From Octopus vulgaris (lineage: Eukaryota): a stretch of 64,000 nucleotides of DNA. Position numbers and translations under genes: made by a program. The notes beneath the pieces are model-generated. The model saw only the letters and a program-made list of their open reading frames with translations, did no database searches and was not told the origin of the DNA. Location of the stretch: the NCBI GenBank assembly GCA_951406725.2, contig OX597814.1, forward strand, positions 127,162,001-127,226,000, read 5' to 3'. How positions within the stretch are numbered: the stretch's first letter is position 1; each line of letters opens with the position of its first letter. Below are positions 36,411 to 51,169 of the stretch, one piece after another.

Positions 36411-36987
36411 CAAATGTATATATATTATTTAAAACAGTTTGATTTGGCTCCATGCAACACAAAACTTTACAGGCTTCTTACAAAAACCTGGCTCATTCAT
36501 GCTCAGATTACTGAATTTGGTTACTTGAGCCTGAACAAGCTTGGTTTTTGTAAGAAGTCTGTAGAACTTTAGGCTGCATGGAGTTGAATCAAATTGTTTG
36601 AAATAGTGATATATGTAACTCCAACTGAATGTGTTGAGTACCTTTTTCTTTCATTTGCTCACACACTTGTAAATATATTTTGTAAATATATTTAGCATCT
36701 AAATTTAGTGGTGAATTTGTTAGTGGGTAGTTTAGCTTAATGATAAAGCACTCAGTGGGAATCTTTGAGGGATATGGGTTCAAGTCCCATGGCTGGTTGT
36801 TGACAAATTTTTCCGCCATGTATGCGTAATTTACCCAATATTCCTCCTGTTCTAACAGCAACTCTGTATTTGAAAAAATATTATCTTCTTATTTGTATGT
36901 ACAATATATATATATACACACATTTTCAAACACACACACAAACACATATCTGTCCAGTAATACATAAGATGTGTGACTGAGCTTATA

Positions 36988-38132
36988 TATTGGGTCATCC
37001 CATAAATAATGTGTTTTTTTTCATTTGCATGAACTAAAAGTTGGAGGGGGACAGGATAAAAGCAGGTAGTAATTTTACCTTGTACTTATTCTTAGTGCAA
37101 ATTTTGAAGAGTGCAGTTCAATTTTAACAGTTATTTTCACAAAGCTATAATGGAATTGACAAAGGAACATATTCAGCATATTTTGTTTTATGTGTTCAAT
37201 AAAGGCAACAATTCAATAGAAAGTGCAAGGAATATTAATGCAGTATATGGGGATCAGACAATAAGCATAAGCCAGAGTCAACAGTGGTTCCCAAAATTCT
37301 GAGCTGGAAACTACAGCCTAGAAAATGAGCTTTATCCTGGAAGATCTGTAGAGCTCTGCAAGGATGTCTTGCAAATCATGGTGGAACAAAATCCCATTGT
37401 AACTGTTGAGGAACTAGTAGAGATGCTTGGGTCAAAAGGTTCCTCACAAACTTACCCAGTCTAACTGTGTGGTGCAGAGAGGGAATGTGTGCTCTTCTTT
37501 GCTGTCATTTTTGGACCGAATAGGGACTGGTGACAAGAAATGGGTTCTCTATAAAAATGTCAAGTGCAGAAGACAGTGGGTAGGGAAAGGAGAAACACTG
37601 GTACCTCAGGATAAAGAAGGTCTTCACCCATGTAAGGTGTTGTTATCTGCTTGTAGGGATATGAAAGCTTTAGTCCACTTTGAACTTTTAAACCCAAGCC
37701 AAATGATAACAAAGGAGATCTATTGCGAGCAGCTTAGGTGGCTTAAGTCAGCACTGTAAGAAAAATGACCATCTGTGGTTTCAAGATGAAAGATGTTCTT
37801 CCATCAGGATAACGCTTGGCCTCATACAGTGAAGATGACATTCCAAAGGCTAGAGAAATGATACCTCACCCACCATATTCACCAGACATTGCCCCATCTG
37901 CTATCATTTATTCCGCAGTATTAAAAAAATACAAATTTTGTAGACAAGGTGAGAACAGTACTGGAAGAATATTTTTTGTCACAGACAAGTGAATTTTGGA
38001 AGAAGGGCCTTGCAAGTCTATTTAAAAAGATGGAAGAGCATTGTAGAAAATGAAGGAGAGTATATTTTAGATTAAAAAAGAACTTTGTTTATCTTAATTT
38101 TGAAAAATATTAGAATAAAAAAAAACGCATTT
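36988..38132 (+). mobile_element. mariner transposon relic (transposase pseudogene 37150-38075)
   Basis: Left TIR TATTGGGTCATCCCATAAATAA; MELTKEHIQHIL..KGNNSIESARNINAVYG, KVPHKL, TGDKKWVLY, HQDNAWPH, HPPYSPDIAPS; stops and frameshifts; right TIR partial. Confidence 0.92.
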
Positions 38133-39309
38133 GAAATTAAATATTTGTGCATTAGAAATAAAACAACAGTATCTCTTGAACTTTTGCAAAACATGTAAAC
38201 TCAGCTGTTGTCTTAGAGAGTAAAGAGTTTTTTTAATGGAATTGTGAACCTCTGAGAGAGAAATTTAAAAATTATGTATTTTCTGCGAAGAAATTCAGCA
38301 TTCAACTTAACTGGTTTCATTCTTTGTTTTCCTTCATAAAACTGGCAAAATCTAAGCACATGTGTGAATATATCACACTTTGTCAAGATAACTTACAGAG
38401 TCTCTGCACATATGGTGCTTAAGTAAACAATTATGCTTGGAAATTAAGGTTAATTAGAAATTGGAAATTAATATATATAGATATGTGTATGCTATAAGGC
38501 AGTGTGAGGCTGTTTTTATGTGAGTGGAAGAATGATAAAAAGAAATCAGCGTACTGTGAAAACAACCATAAAATTTGTTATCCTTGCTTTTGAATTTATG
38601 TGTTTAAAAGTAAATTAATAGTAAACAATGAACCATTCATAACCAGAGCACAAAAATTAATAAATATATAGGCACAGGCATAGGTGTGTGGTTAAGAAAC
38701 TTAATTTGTAACCATGTAGTTTCAGGTTCACTCTCACTGCGTAGCACCTTGGGTAAGTGTCTGCTGCTATAGCACCAGGCTGATAAAAGCTTTGTTAGTA
38801 AATTTGGTAAATGGAAACTGTGCAGAAGCTTATTGTATGTGTGAGTATACACATATAACATATATATATGTAAATATCGAACACCGAAAATGAGTACTCA
38901 ATATTGCATTGGTGGATAAGATTTTTTATATGTGCATTAAGCCTATCATTGGTTTCATGTTAAAGGAAATTCTCAATAGTTATTCAAATGAATCAGATAG
39001 GAAAACAAATTTTTCTGTGTGATTCGCTTAAATAATTGCTGAGAATTCCCTTAACATGAAACCAACGATAGCCTTAATACACACACACACACACATATGT
39101 ATATGTGTATGCATATACATGCATGTATGTATGTGTGTCCTTGTGCCTGTGTTGTCCCTACAACTACTTGACAGCTGGGATTGATTTGTTTGACTAAACC
39201 ATTCAAGATGATGCTCCAGTATAGCTGTAGTTCAGTGACCAGAACAAGTAAAAGGTAAAACAGATTATTTCTCAATTGTTATGAGATATCACAACTGGGA
39301 GATTTCGAG

Positions 39310-39645
39310 TATACCAGTGTCATCTCACTGGCACTTGTGCCCCGGTGGCATGTGAAAAAACATTCAAGCAAGGTCATTGCCAGTGCTGCTGTGCAGGTGG
39401 CATGTAAAAAACACTACTTGAGCATAGCCGTTGCCAATACCACCCGACTGGCCCTCATGCCGGTGGCATGTAAAAGCGCCCACTACACTCTCGGAGTGGT
39501 TGGCATTAGGAAGGGCATCCAGCTGTAGAAACTCTGCCAAATCAGACTGGAGCTTGGTGCAGCCATCTGGTTCGCCAGTACTCAGTCAAATCATCCAACC
39601 CATGCTAGCATGGAAAGCAGACGTTAAATGATGATGATGATGATT
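39310..39645 (+). mobile_element. RTE 3' UTR/tail fragment
   Basis: Family tail and (GAT)n. Confidence 0.8.
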
Positions 39646-41151
39646 AAAATTAGATGTTTTAGTTTGGTAAAATGTTAATATACAGTGACATTCAAACAAT
39701 GAAAAGTAGTCATTATTTTACTATTCAACTCAATTTACTATTAAGCATATATTAGAAACCATTGAAATTCTTTCCTCAGTTCCCATTTTGGGAAGCAAAT
39801 TCTGCAGTAACTGCAATTAGATATGTTTTTTTTCTCTTCTCTGTGATACAAAAGAATTTAATTCTGTGTTGTTCTTGACAGAAGATGATAATTATACCGG
39901 AGAAAATATTCATTCAACCATAGCAGATATTGTAGAAATTACCAGTAAAAGTTGGCAATTTCTACACCTAATGCTTACCATCAGCCGTTTTTTTTTTCAT
40001 TCAGTTGGTTTACAATATTAACTAAGCAACAAGCAGTAATCTTTCTTATACAAGCTTCAAATGTTGGAAGCTGAGCTGTCAAAGAATTAATGTCAGTGTC
40101 AGCAAATAGCTTTTCTTAATAAATATTTTGTTTTGTTGATTAGTTCTAGAATCAATGTCTCTAGCTTTGAATATACCTTGTAATTCACTGAATCAAAGCA
40201 TTTGTCAATGGAATAAATTATCATATTTATGACTTCAAAATTTTGTAATGTCTGTAATGGTCTTGAGTCTCTACTGGAAATGTACTTTTGTCATTTCTCA
40301 TTTTAATTTTTCTTATGGCCTTTCATGCCTGTAGAAATACAGGTTCTGAGACAAAATGTTATGTCCTTACCTTCTTGCACAATATTATCTTGACAGGACA
40401 AATGAATCTTGTCCTGTCGTATTTTTCAAAATTTGTTGAGTAATTTCAGCCATCTTGTGGTCATCAAGGGATAACATTTTAGCAGCTTGCAGTGACTTTC
40501 GTAAATTATCAGTATGCAAAAATAAAAGCTAATTGAGACTCAGTGTTAGCCTCACTCTCTCTTTCTCTGTCTGTCTGTCTCTATCTCTTTGTCTCTCATT
40601 CCTATTATTTTTCTATTACTCAATTTAACATTCATCACTCTCTCTCACTCTCTCTCTCTCTCTTCCCATAACCAATTTCTATCACTAGTCATATATCTTT
40701 CGCTCTCTCACTACTCCCACCTTTATAACTCATTGTTGTCATCCAGTACACACTCTCTTCCATTCCTCCTTTTCACTTCCCTTACTCCCACTTTCATCAC
40801 TCTATCTCTCTCACTTATCACTCTCTTTTCTTCTATCACACTGCTCATGGTGTTTTTTTATTCAATTTCCTTCCCAGTAATGAAATGTAGTTGTCTATTA
40901 TTGTCTCTCTTCCATTTCTTCCTCTTATATCACTCTCTCATTCTTATCACTCTGTTTCTCCCATATTAATCTCTCTGCTCTTACTCTCTTCCCCTGCTTC
41001 TCTTTCTTTCATTACTCTATCTTTTATTTACCATCTCTTCATGTGGCTTGAGTGAATAGCAACAACATTAAGTGAAAAGGAACTCTTGAAGCCTTTGTCA
41101 CAAACACAACAGCCTCTCTAGTGCTGGTAAAGGGGTTGGCTTTATAGATAG

Positions 41152-42082
41152 CATCATCATCATCGTTTAACGTCTGCTTTCCATGCTAGTATGGGTTGGA
41201 CGATTTGTCTGAGGGCTGGCAAACCAGATGGCTGCACCAGGCTCCAATCTTGATCTGGTAGAGTTTCTACAGCTGGATGCCCTTCCTAATGCCAACCACT
41301 CCGAGAGTGTAGTGGGTGCTTTTATGTGCCACCGGCACGGGGGCCAGTCAGGCAGTACTGGCAACAACCTAGCTCGAATTTTTTTACACATGCCACCGGC
41401 ACAGGTGCTAGTAAGGCAATGCTGGTAATGATCACGCTCGAATGGTGCCTTTTATGTGCCACCGGTATGGAAGCCAGTTAGCTGCTCTGGCGAAACATAG
41501 AAATTGTTCCAAAAATAGAATGCATGAACACCACATAATCACTTGCTTGTCTTGGAGGGCAGTAAAGCAGGCAGAAAATGCAGTGTTTTGTTTCTGAGGG
41601 AAACTGCTTACTGATGTATATATACATCATCATTTAGTGTCTGCTTTCCATGCTGGCATGGGTTAGACTGTTTGACTGAAACTGGTAAGCTGGAGAGCTG
41701 CACCAAGTGCCAATCTAATTTGGCATGGTTTCTACAGCTGGATGCCTTTCCTAATGCTAACCACTCCAAGAGTGTAATGGGTGCTTTTTACGTGCCACCA
41801 GCACAGGTTATAGTTTTGTGACACCAGCATTGGCCACAACTACAATTTCACTTGGTTTGATAAGTCTTTTCAAGCACAGCATATAACCAAAGGTCTTGGT
41901 CACTCATCACCTCTGTGAGGCCCAACATTGAAAGGGTGCCTTTTATGTGCCACTGGCATGGGTGCCTGTTATGTGACACCAGCATTGACCATGACTGCAG
42001 TTTCACTTGGTTTGATGGATCTTTTCAAGCACAGCATAATGCCAAAGGTCTCAGTCACTTGTCATTGCCTCCATGAGGCCTG
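41152..42082 (-). mobile_element. Two adjacent RTE 3' UTR fragments (41152-41492, 41625-42082)
   Basis: Each starts (CAT)n-TTTAACGTCTGCTTTCCATGC or a close variant. Confidence 0.78.
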
Positions 42083-42879
42083 GCAGCAAAGCAAGCAGAA
42101 AAGGCAGTGTTTTGCTTCTATATGGACAATGCTTACTGATTTATCTTTGTTTAGGTTGGTAAAAATATTTTGAAAATCAGGAGAATCCTTTTGGTAATCA
42201 TAACTACATTTTGAAAGGTTAGAGAGCCTGAAGGTCATATGATACATAAAAACTTATCTTTGGTTTTTAATGGTCATTCTCTAGATGTTGCAATGTAGAG
42301 TCTTTTCTTCTTGGTTATGGTATCAGGTAACATCCGTCAGAGGTTTTAGCAGTTTTTTTAGCTTATATAACAGCTCCAAGCCATGAGATAAATCCCTTAG
42401 CAGGTTTGGCACATGTGAATTTGGTCCTCTAAGAGCAATGGAGAGATATATCATGGCTGATATTTCCAGGAAAGCTGCTCTTGAAATATCTCACGTAGTG
42501 AATAATGAAATAATTTTTATCATCAGTATTTAATGTTCATTTTCCATGCTGGCATGGGTTGGAGGGTTTGACAGGATCTGTCTGGTAAGATGTAGGGCCA
42601 CCTCAAGCTCCAGTATCAGCTTTGGCATGATTTCTACAGCTGAATGGCCTTCTCAATGCTAACCATTCCACAGAGTGTACTGGGTGCTCTTCTTGTGCTA
42701 CCAGCACTAGTGAGATTGCCAAGTAACTAGCAAGGAAAGAAAAGGACAGGAAGGCAAAAAAAGGGGAAAGGTAAAGAAAAAAGGGAAAAGTTAATAAAAA
42801 ATAATCTTTTGAGTAATTTTCCTTAGTGATTTATCTTTCATGGTTAAGTCAGAGTAGAAGCAAAATTGCTGCCAAGTAG

Positions 42880-43460
42880 AGTACTAGTACAATCAGTTGA
42901 ATTAATTAGTAATAACAGAGATATTAAGAGACAGAAGATATGTGGTAAGCTGATTGAGAAATGGTTTGATAATCCTTTGAGCACAGAGTCTGTAATACTT
43001 TGAGTCTGGATATAAGAAAAAAAGGCGAATATTTTCATTTTCATTATAGAATCAGTGAATGAATGAGGTATTTGGAAAGCTGTAGATTAACTGCTGCAGT
43101 GAGTAAAGTAGGAATGTGTAGTAGACACAATTGTCAGAACAGTAGAAGAGTCATACAGAGGACACAGCATGTTAGAGAGTTAATGGTCGTAGTTTGTTAA
43201 TGAATGGAGATCTTCAAATCAGCTGGATGGCTCTGTTTGGATATAGTCTAGGATGTTTGTATGAAGCAGTGATTGCATAGTGTTGGAAGCATGTCTTTAT
43301 GCTACACACATATATATATATATGTATACAAAGTGTGTGTCCCTGCTGTTGAAGACTGATTAATTATATGATCATTCGACCATTTGACTATATTGTTTCA
43401 AGATATTTGATACCTGAAGAACTGTACATCTGATATGAGTTGTATAGATTGTGTATAGAT
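42880..43460 (-). mobile_element. Possible CR1-like RT relic
   Basis: SITDSVLKGLSNHFSISLPHIFCLLIS resembles PDGIP..LLK.L...LS.PL.HIF. Confidence 0.35.
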
Positions 43461-44490
43461 GACATGTGTGAGGAGAGTTAATGGGAAATGAAGGATGGTA
43501 TTATCTGCAAAATGAATGTGTGTGTGCGTGATATGAAGTCTAAATTTGCAGGTTGTTTTGGCAGAGAGAACCGAGAGCTAGGAATGTAACTAAACCTTGT
43601 GGAGTATTCATGTAAGAGTACTGGTGAGGGTTTACTCTCTGAATATTTCAAACTTGAATCATATGGTCTTAATTTAAAACAGGAAGATTTTGTTTGAAGG
43701 AGATTTGGTTGCTACTTTGAGCAGGTCAAGTGATTATATAAAGGCTCCCTTACTGAGAATGTGTATAATACGTATATCTATATATGTGTGTGTATATGCA
43801 TGTGTAAAGTTAAATAAGCAGCTGTTTAATCTGTGCTTAAACCGAAGCTGCTTAAAAAGCCCAGCAGGTCTGAAGATCCAGCAGAAAGTCAGAAATCCTT
43901 GTAAGAGTATTTGAAAATTGCTATAACATTGTGTGTGTGTGTGTATGTGCGTGTGCATGCACATGTGGGTGTGGACATATGACCTAAATACTCACTGCTA
44001 ACTATTGATATGCTTCCACATTACTCCGGCCTGTTTTAGCAGAAGGATCAATACAAGGCAAGTTATCCATTGATTGCATATGTCTTGTGTGTGTGTGTGT
44101 ATGTGTGTGTGTGTGTGTGTGTGTATGTGTGGTGGAAGAGATAAATCTATAGAAGTGTCAATCTATAAGTCTGTCTATAAGTCTGTCTGCCAGTCTGTCT
44201 ATCCTTTAATTTATTTTAAAATCATCATCATCATCATTTAGCGTCCATTTTCCATGTGGGCATGATATATAGAATATATATATATATAGATTAGTTATAT
44301 GATTCATTAGAACCTAGGCACACCAGTACGTAGGACACCAGAAATAGCTAGGTACAAGAACATAAGGTTCATAGGGTTCACAGTAAGGTAAAACAACAGA
44401 TGTCATAAATTGGAGACCCCATTCGTGTTCTTTTATGCACACACACACACACACACATATCTATATGTGTGTGTATGTGTAAGTATATAT

Positions 44491-45364
44491 GTCATTATTC
44501 AGTTTTATTTCAAGATTTCTTTCCAACAAAGAAAGAGCCGGTTTCTAACCTAGATCCAAGGTTCCTTCATTAGAATTTCAACATCAACAACAGGGTATTT
44601 TTGTATGCATGTATGTATGTATGCAGATTTGTATGCTTTGTTTTATGTATGTTTTCTCATGCATATACCTGCATATATAAATATGCTCATATGTACTTAA
44701 ATGATAAACTTCTGGAAAGTTTTACAGATTTTTACAATTCCAGTGATTAATTGTATCTGTAGTCTTCGAATCAGCTTTCTCTTTTCTAGTTTTGAGAAGC
44801 CTAATTTCTCGAGATTGGTATTTAAGCAGTGTGTTACACATCCCAGTATCCCAACAATTACAGGTATTTACCTAAACTTGTAATATGGATAGAGTAACTG
44901 CACATTTCTCAATAGTTCAGCATGGGCATTCTCTTTTTCACTGATCTTCAGCTTTATGTTAACATCCGCTGGGCAGCTAATTTCCACAACTGTACACAGT
45001 TTCTCTTCTCTATCCCAAATCATTATATCAGGTCTATTGTGTTTACATTTTATTGAAGTTTTCACCAGGACATTCCACCATTCCTTTTTATTATGAGTGG
45101 CTATGGCTTCCACCATACTGTGGGTTCTTATTTCTTTGTCCTCGGGGTTATTCTCTTAACAGATCTTGTTATACAGTGTCCTAGCTACATCTTGTTTCAT
45201 TGGTAGATAATACTGTGGTGATATTTTCAGACAACTGCTTATGATGTGGGTGACATCTTTGGTGTTAACTCCACAAAGTCTGCATAAGTTGTCACATTTA
45301 CTGCTTTTCCTGTGTCTCTGTTCCTTTTGTGCATAATGTATTTTGTTGATATTTCTTGTTCCTG
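44491..45364 (-). mobile_element. R4/Dong-like (RLE-type) non-LTR retrotransposon 3' fragment
   Basis: QEQEISTKY, CCHC knuckle CRLCGVNTKDVTHIISSC, RLE motif RPDIMIWD..VEISCP.D.N...K..EK; 3' end abuts a microsatellite. Confidence 0.85.
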
Positions 45365-45647
45365 GATTATGGTAATGTTGGTGGAGGATGAAGTTGATTT
45401 TGTTAAATCCTTCTCTCCTGCTATTTGATTTCTTCATTTTCTCTTTTGGTGACTTTGAAGTTCTTGGTTCTGACTGTGATGGAACACTGCCATTTGGTAT
45501 GGTCTTGGGCTTGTGTTTCAAATGATTTAGGTTCAAGTTCAGTGGCTTTCAGTGTTGATTTGAGCCAGTCCTTGTTTCTTTGAAGAGGGCTATCCCATGG
45601 TCTTTTCCATGAATTGAGCTTACTGAATAAGACTTGGTGTGGGAAAC
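45365..45647 (-). mobile_element. BovB-like RTE C-terminal fragment
   Basis: LNSWKRPWDSPLQRNKDWLKSTLKATELEPKSFETQAQDHTKW. Confidence 0.7.
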
Positions 45648-47010
45648 CTTCCTCATGCCAACCACTCCAAGAGTGTAGTGGGTGCTTTTTGCATACCACC
45701 AGTGTGGGGGCCAGCAGGTGGCACTGTCATCAACCATGCTCAAATGGTGCTTTTTACGTGAACCAGTCATGTGGCATTGGCATTGGCTACACTCGAATGG
45801 TGCTTTTTACATGCCACCAGCATGGAAGCCAGTCAGGCAGCACTTCCTCATGCCAACCACTCCAAGAGTGTAGTGGGTGCTTTTTGCATACCACCAGTGT
45901 GGGGGCCAGCAGGTGGCACTGTCATCAACCATGCTCAAATGGTGCTTTTTACGTGAACCAGTCATGTGGCATTGGCATTGGCTACACTCGAATGGTGCTT
46001 TTTACATGCCACCAGCATGGAAGCCAGTCAGGCAGCACTTGCTTCGGCCACAACAACGGTTTCACTTGACTCAACAGGTCTTCTTATGCACAGCATATTG
46101 CCTGACAATTGAAGGGTACTTTTAAACAGGCTGGTTATGCGACACTGACATTGTCCACGGCTGCGATTTGACTTTATTTACTGGGTCTAGTCAATCACAG
46201 CATATCTCCAAAGGTCTCGGTCTCTTGTCATTGTCTCTGTGAGGACCACCGTTTGAATGTCGTGCTTCACCACCTCATCCCATGTCTTCCTGGGTCTATC
46301 TCTTTCACAGGTTCCTTCCACTGTTAGGGTGTGATACTTCTTCACACAGCTGTTCTCATCCATACGTGTCACATGACCATACCAGCACAGCTGTCTCTCT
46401 TGCACATCACATCTGATGCTTCTTATGTCCAACTTTTCTCTCAGGGCACTTACACTCCATTGTGTATGCACACTGGCATTACATATCTAGTAGAGCATAC
46501 TAGCATAATTTCTTTCAAGCCTACAAATTTCTTTCAAGCCTACTGTCCTCAGCAATCACAGCCCATGTTTCACTGCTGTGTAGTATGGCTGTTTGCACAC
46601 ATGAATCATGCAGTCTACCTTTCACTCTGAGCGAGAGGCTCTTTGTTACCAGCAGAAGTAGGAGCTCTCTGAACTTAGCCCAAGCTATTCTTATTCTAGC
46701 AGCCACCCTTGATCACCTAGGTAACGGAAGCTATCAACTACTTCTAGTTTTTCCCCCTGGCATGTGATAGACTCTGTTTTCTGTACATCTTCAGTCTTAT
46801 GTGTCCATAGCTTACACTATGAACATCTTATAGAGTTTCTACCTATGCCTTTTCCACAGATCAAGCAGGGCCATCTACCTGAAGGGATTTGTGATTTGTC
46901 TGCCTTCCCACTTACTAAGACTTTGGTTTTTGCTAGATTGACTCTAAGGCCCTTAGATTCTAGACCTTGCTTCCACACCTGAAACTTCTCTAATTCTGGT
47001 AGTGACTCAA
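45648..47010 (-). mobile_element. RTE LINE (main family) fragment with a 195-bp tandem duplication
   Basis: ARIRIAWAKFRELL..SLRVKGRLHDSCV; WYGHVTRMDE..RPRKTWDEVVK. Confidence 0.9.
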
Positions 47011-48049
47011 TGTATTTTTCTGTGTGTATGTATAAATTTACATTTCATATTTTATTTCAAATTCATCACTACAGTATATCCTTACTTTATCTTTACAAGT
47101 GCACCTCCCATATGCTGACATCACTATCCTAACCAACTATACCATCATTTCTAAATATCTCAATGCCTATGTCACCACTTCACATGGTACCTTATCAAAA
47201 GTTTTCTCCTGAACAATAAGTCTCCAAAGACAACTTCTTCCTGTTGTCTCAGTATTTCTTACCTTAAAACTGCACCAGCCATTCCTCTTCTTGACATAGC
47301 ATTTCATTTATTTTCTCCTACTTCCTTATCCTTTTCTCTAAGACTTTCCAGTGCTGTCATCCTATGTTCAAATAGCTTAATTGCTCAAAACAAACCCACA
47401 GATCTCTGTCATTTTCTTCATAGTCCAACTTCCTTTAACATATCTCTTACAACTTCAGTTGTTCTTCTTGCCTCTCCTGTCTTTATTACTCTTATTGCTT
47501 CCTCATCTTCTTCCTGTTATCACCTCTGCTATTCCCTAGAGCTAGATACTTTGCCTTTCTATTCATTCTGCACATTCAACAACCTCTCTCTATCTATGCC
47601 TTCCATCTTCCTTTACTTTCTCACACCACTACTGCATCATTTCCCTTCCATCTCATTCCCTGTAACACAGCATATGTCCACTCTTCTTCTGACTGCTACC
47701 TTCACTACTTTCCCTGATCTACCTGTCATTGTCCATACATTCCATACCATGATTCTTATATACTAGTTACCACAATTAATTACTTGGTCACCATTAATGG
47801 ACTGCATTCCTCCTTGGCTTTGACCAGATTCACTTGCTTGTGTTTTGACAAGAGAGGAATGGGACTCCAGTAGGGTACTTAAAGCTATACTCTGCCAATA
47901 TGCAAATACACACATCATAGAACCCTCAAAATAACATGATGTGTTTGATTACTAACAGGTATGGTTTAATCTAATGTCATCCCTTTAAGTCACTACTTAA
48001 AACATGTAGGAATACAGTGCAACACCTATACAATTTGTGTGTGTGTGTA

Positions 48050-48086
<37 letters not shown>

Positions 48087-48277
48087 TCATTGTTTAACAT
48101 CCGCTTTCCATGCTAGCATGGGTTGGACGAGTTGACTGAGGTCTGGCAAACCAGATGGTTGCATCAGGCTCCAATCTGATCTGGCAGAGTGTCTACAGCT
48201 GGATGTCCTGCCAGATCAGATTGGAGTCTGATGCAGCCATCTGGTTCACCAGACCTCAGTCAAATCGTCCAACCCAT

Positions 48278-49069
<792 letters not shown>

Positions 49070-49876
49070 TTATATGTATCCCATTATGTGTATATGTTGT
49101 GTCTTTTTATGTCCAGTAGCATAACGTTTTGACAAATAGAGATCAGTAAAATAAGTAACATACTGAAATTGTTGCTACTGGTGTCAGTGTGATTGAGTAA
49201 AACCTTGAAGGTGGTACGTAGCATGGCCACAGCCTGATGGCTGAAACTAATGAAAGAATGTAAGAATAAAAGAACATGTTACAATTCACTGTACTGCACT
49301 TCATAATTAATTACGTAGTGTTGTTGTTATTGTTTAGACCCCAGCTCAATCTTGGTCAATTAAGCTAATGAAGAAAGGCATTCTGATTGTGACCATATTG
49401 TCCTTTTAGAGTTATCTAGTACTGCATTATCTAACGTGGCCTTTCTTTACATGAGTTGGTAGGGCATGATTTAAACGAGATTAACCTGTTATTTCTAGTA
49501 AGCCGAGTGGTGATGTAAAGATGGTAAATTGGCAGTCATTAGAGCATTGGCCAGAAAACCATGTAATATTTTCCTGACTCTCTGCTCTCTGAGTTCAAAT
49601 TCTACCAAGGTCAACTTTGCTTTTCATCCTTTCAAGAGTGATAAAGGAAGTACCAATGCAGTGTAGTTTATTAGTTGAACTGTAGCTTGACAATATGCCT
49701 GATGGTATCTGCTCTAAATCTTTGCATTCTGATAACAATGCCTATGAGGATACTGATACTAAGCTGCAACACCCCAAGTAAATAGAATGGCCTTTGGCTG
49801 AACTCAGAACCACATGGTTATTGTGGTTATTATGCAAACTTTTTAACCATATAGGTATGTCTGTGTCTATATTACT

Positions 49877-50103
49877 TATTTCTTTACTACCCACAAGGGG
49901 CTAAACACAGAGAAGACAAACAAGGACAGACAAATGGATTAAGTTGATTATATTGACCCCAGTGCATAACTGGTACTTATTTAATCGACCCCGAAAGGAT
50001 GAAAGGCAAAGTCGACCTTGGCAGAATTTGAACTCAGAGCGTAGCGGCAGACGAAATACTGCTGAGCATTTCGCCCAGCGTGCTAACGATTCTGCCAGCT
50101 CGC
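49877..50103 (-). mobile_element. SINE family A, full length
   Basis: 16-bp TSD CTGTGTCTATATTACT at 49861-49876 and 50104-50119. Confidence 0.9.
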
Positions 50104-50542
50104 CTGTGTCTATATTACTGGTATATATTTTTGAGAATCCATGGTTCTGTGAGTAACTTCCATACATCATTCACTAGGACTGTGTGTCAAAGTCTAACCA
50201 TATGAAGTTTTCTTTGATATGAAAATAAGGATGATATAAAGCATACCAAGATTTGTTAAATCATTGACAAATGAAGTCATACAGCAACAGAATAATATCA
50301 TAGCCAGCTTATGTCTTCAGTTTTGTTTCATAGTTAACACTGTTTACTTCTTGACATAAAGGAGAAAATAAATGATAAGAACTCTCAAGGTACAAGAAGT
50401 GACTAGTGTATAACTAGGACTCTAGCTTTCAGAGATGTTGTCTTTTAAGAATGCATATTCAATATTATTTATGCGGACTTTTACACCAGCTAAAGAATCA
50501 AATGTTTTAATAAGATATAACTTCAAAAGACATTATATATAT

Positions 50543-51070
50543 AGGTGTAGGAGTGGCTGTGTGGTAAGTAGCTTGCTTACGAATCACATGGTTCCAGGTT
50601 CAGTCCCACTGTGTAGCACCTTGGGCAAGTATCTTCTACTATAGCCTCAGGCTGACCAAAGCCTTGTGAGTGGATTTGGTAGATGGAAACTGAAAGAAGC
50701 CTCTCGTATATATGTATATATATGTATGTGTGAAGTTTCAGAAATTTTCTGAAACTTCAGATTTTTAAATATGCTAGACCACTGGTTTTAAATTGATATT
50801 AATATTCAATTTTTCGCCCTTATTATTTTAAATTTATATGTATGTGTGTGTATATGTTTGTGTGTCTGTGTTTGACCCCCCAACATTGCTTGACAACTGA
50901 TGCTGGTGTGTTTACGTCCACGTAACTTAGTGGTTTGGCAAAAGTGGTTCGATAGAATAAGTACTAGGCTTATAAAGAATAAGTCCTGGGGTCGATTTGT
51001 TCGACTAAAGGCGGTGCTCCAGCATGGCCACAGTCACATGACTGAAACAAGTAAAAGACTAAAAGAGTAT
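50543..51070 (+). mobile_element. SINE family E with an insert in its internal microsatellite
   Basis: GGAGTGGCTGTGTGGTAAGTAGC..GGTTCAGTCCC..GACTGAAACAAGTAAAAG. Confidence 0.88.
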
Positions 51071-51169
51071 AAATCATGGTTCTCCATAAAGTTACAATCC
51101 TCTTAGAGTTTTCAAAATAACTGGGGAATTTATGTGGATACAGCTTGAATGAATGTGTATGTATGTGTA

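Noticed and set aside
37150-38075. Functional or domesticated mariner transposase gene
   Set aside because: Multiple stops, frameshifts and deletions
40360-40520. Minus-strand exon with an AAG|GTAAGG donor
   Set aside because: The protein-like frame stops before the donor and there is no clear acceptor
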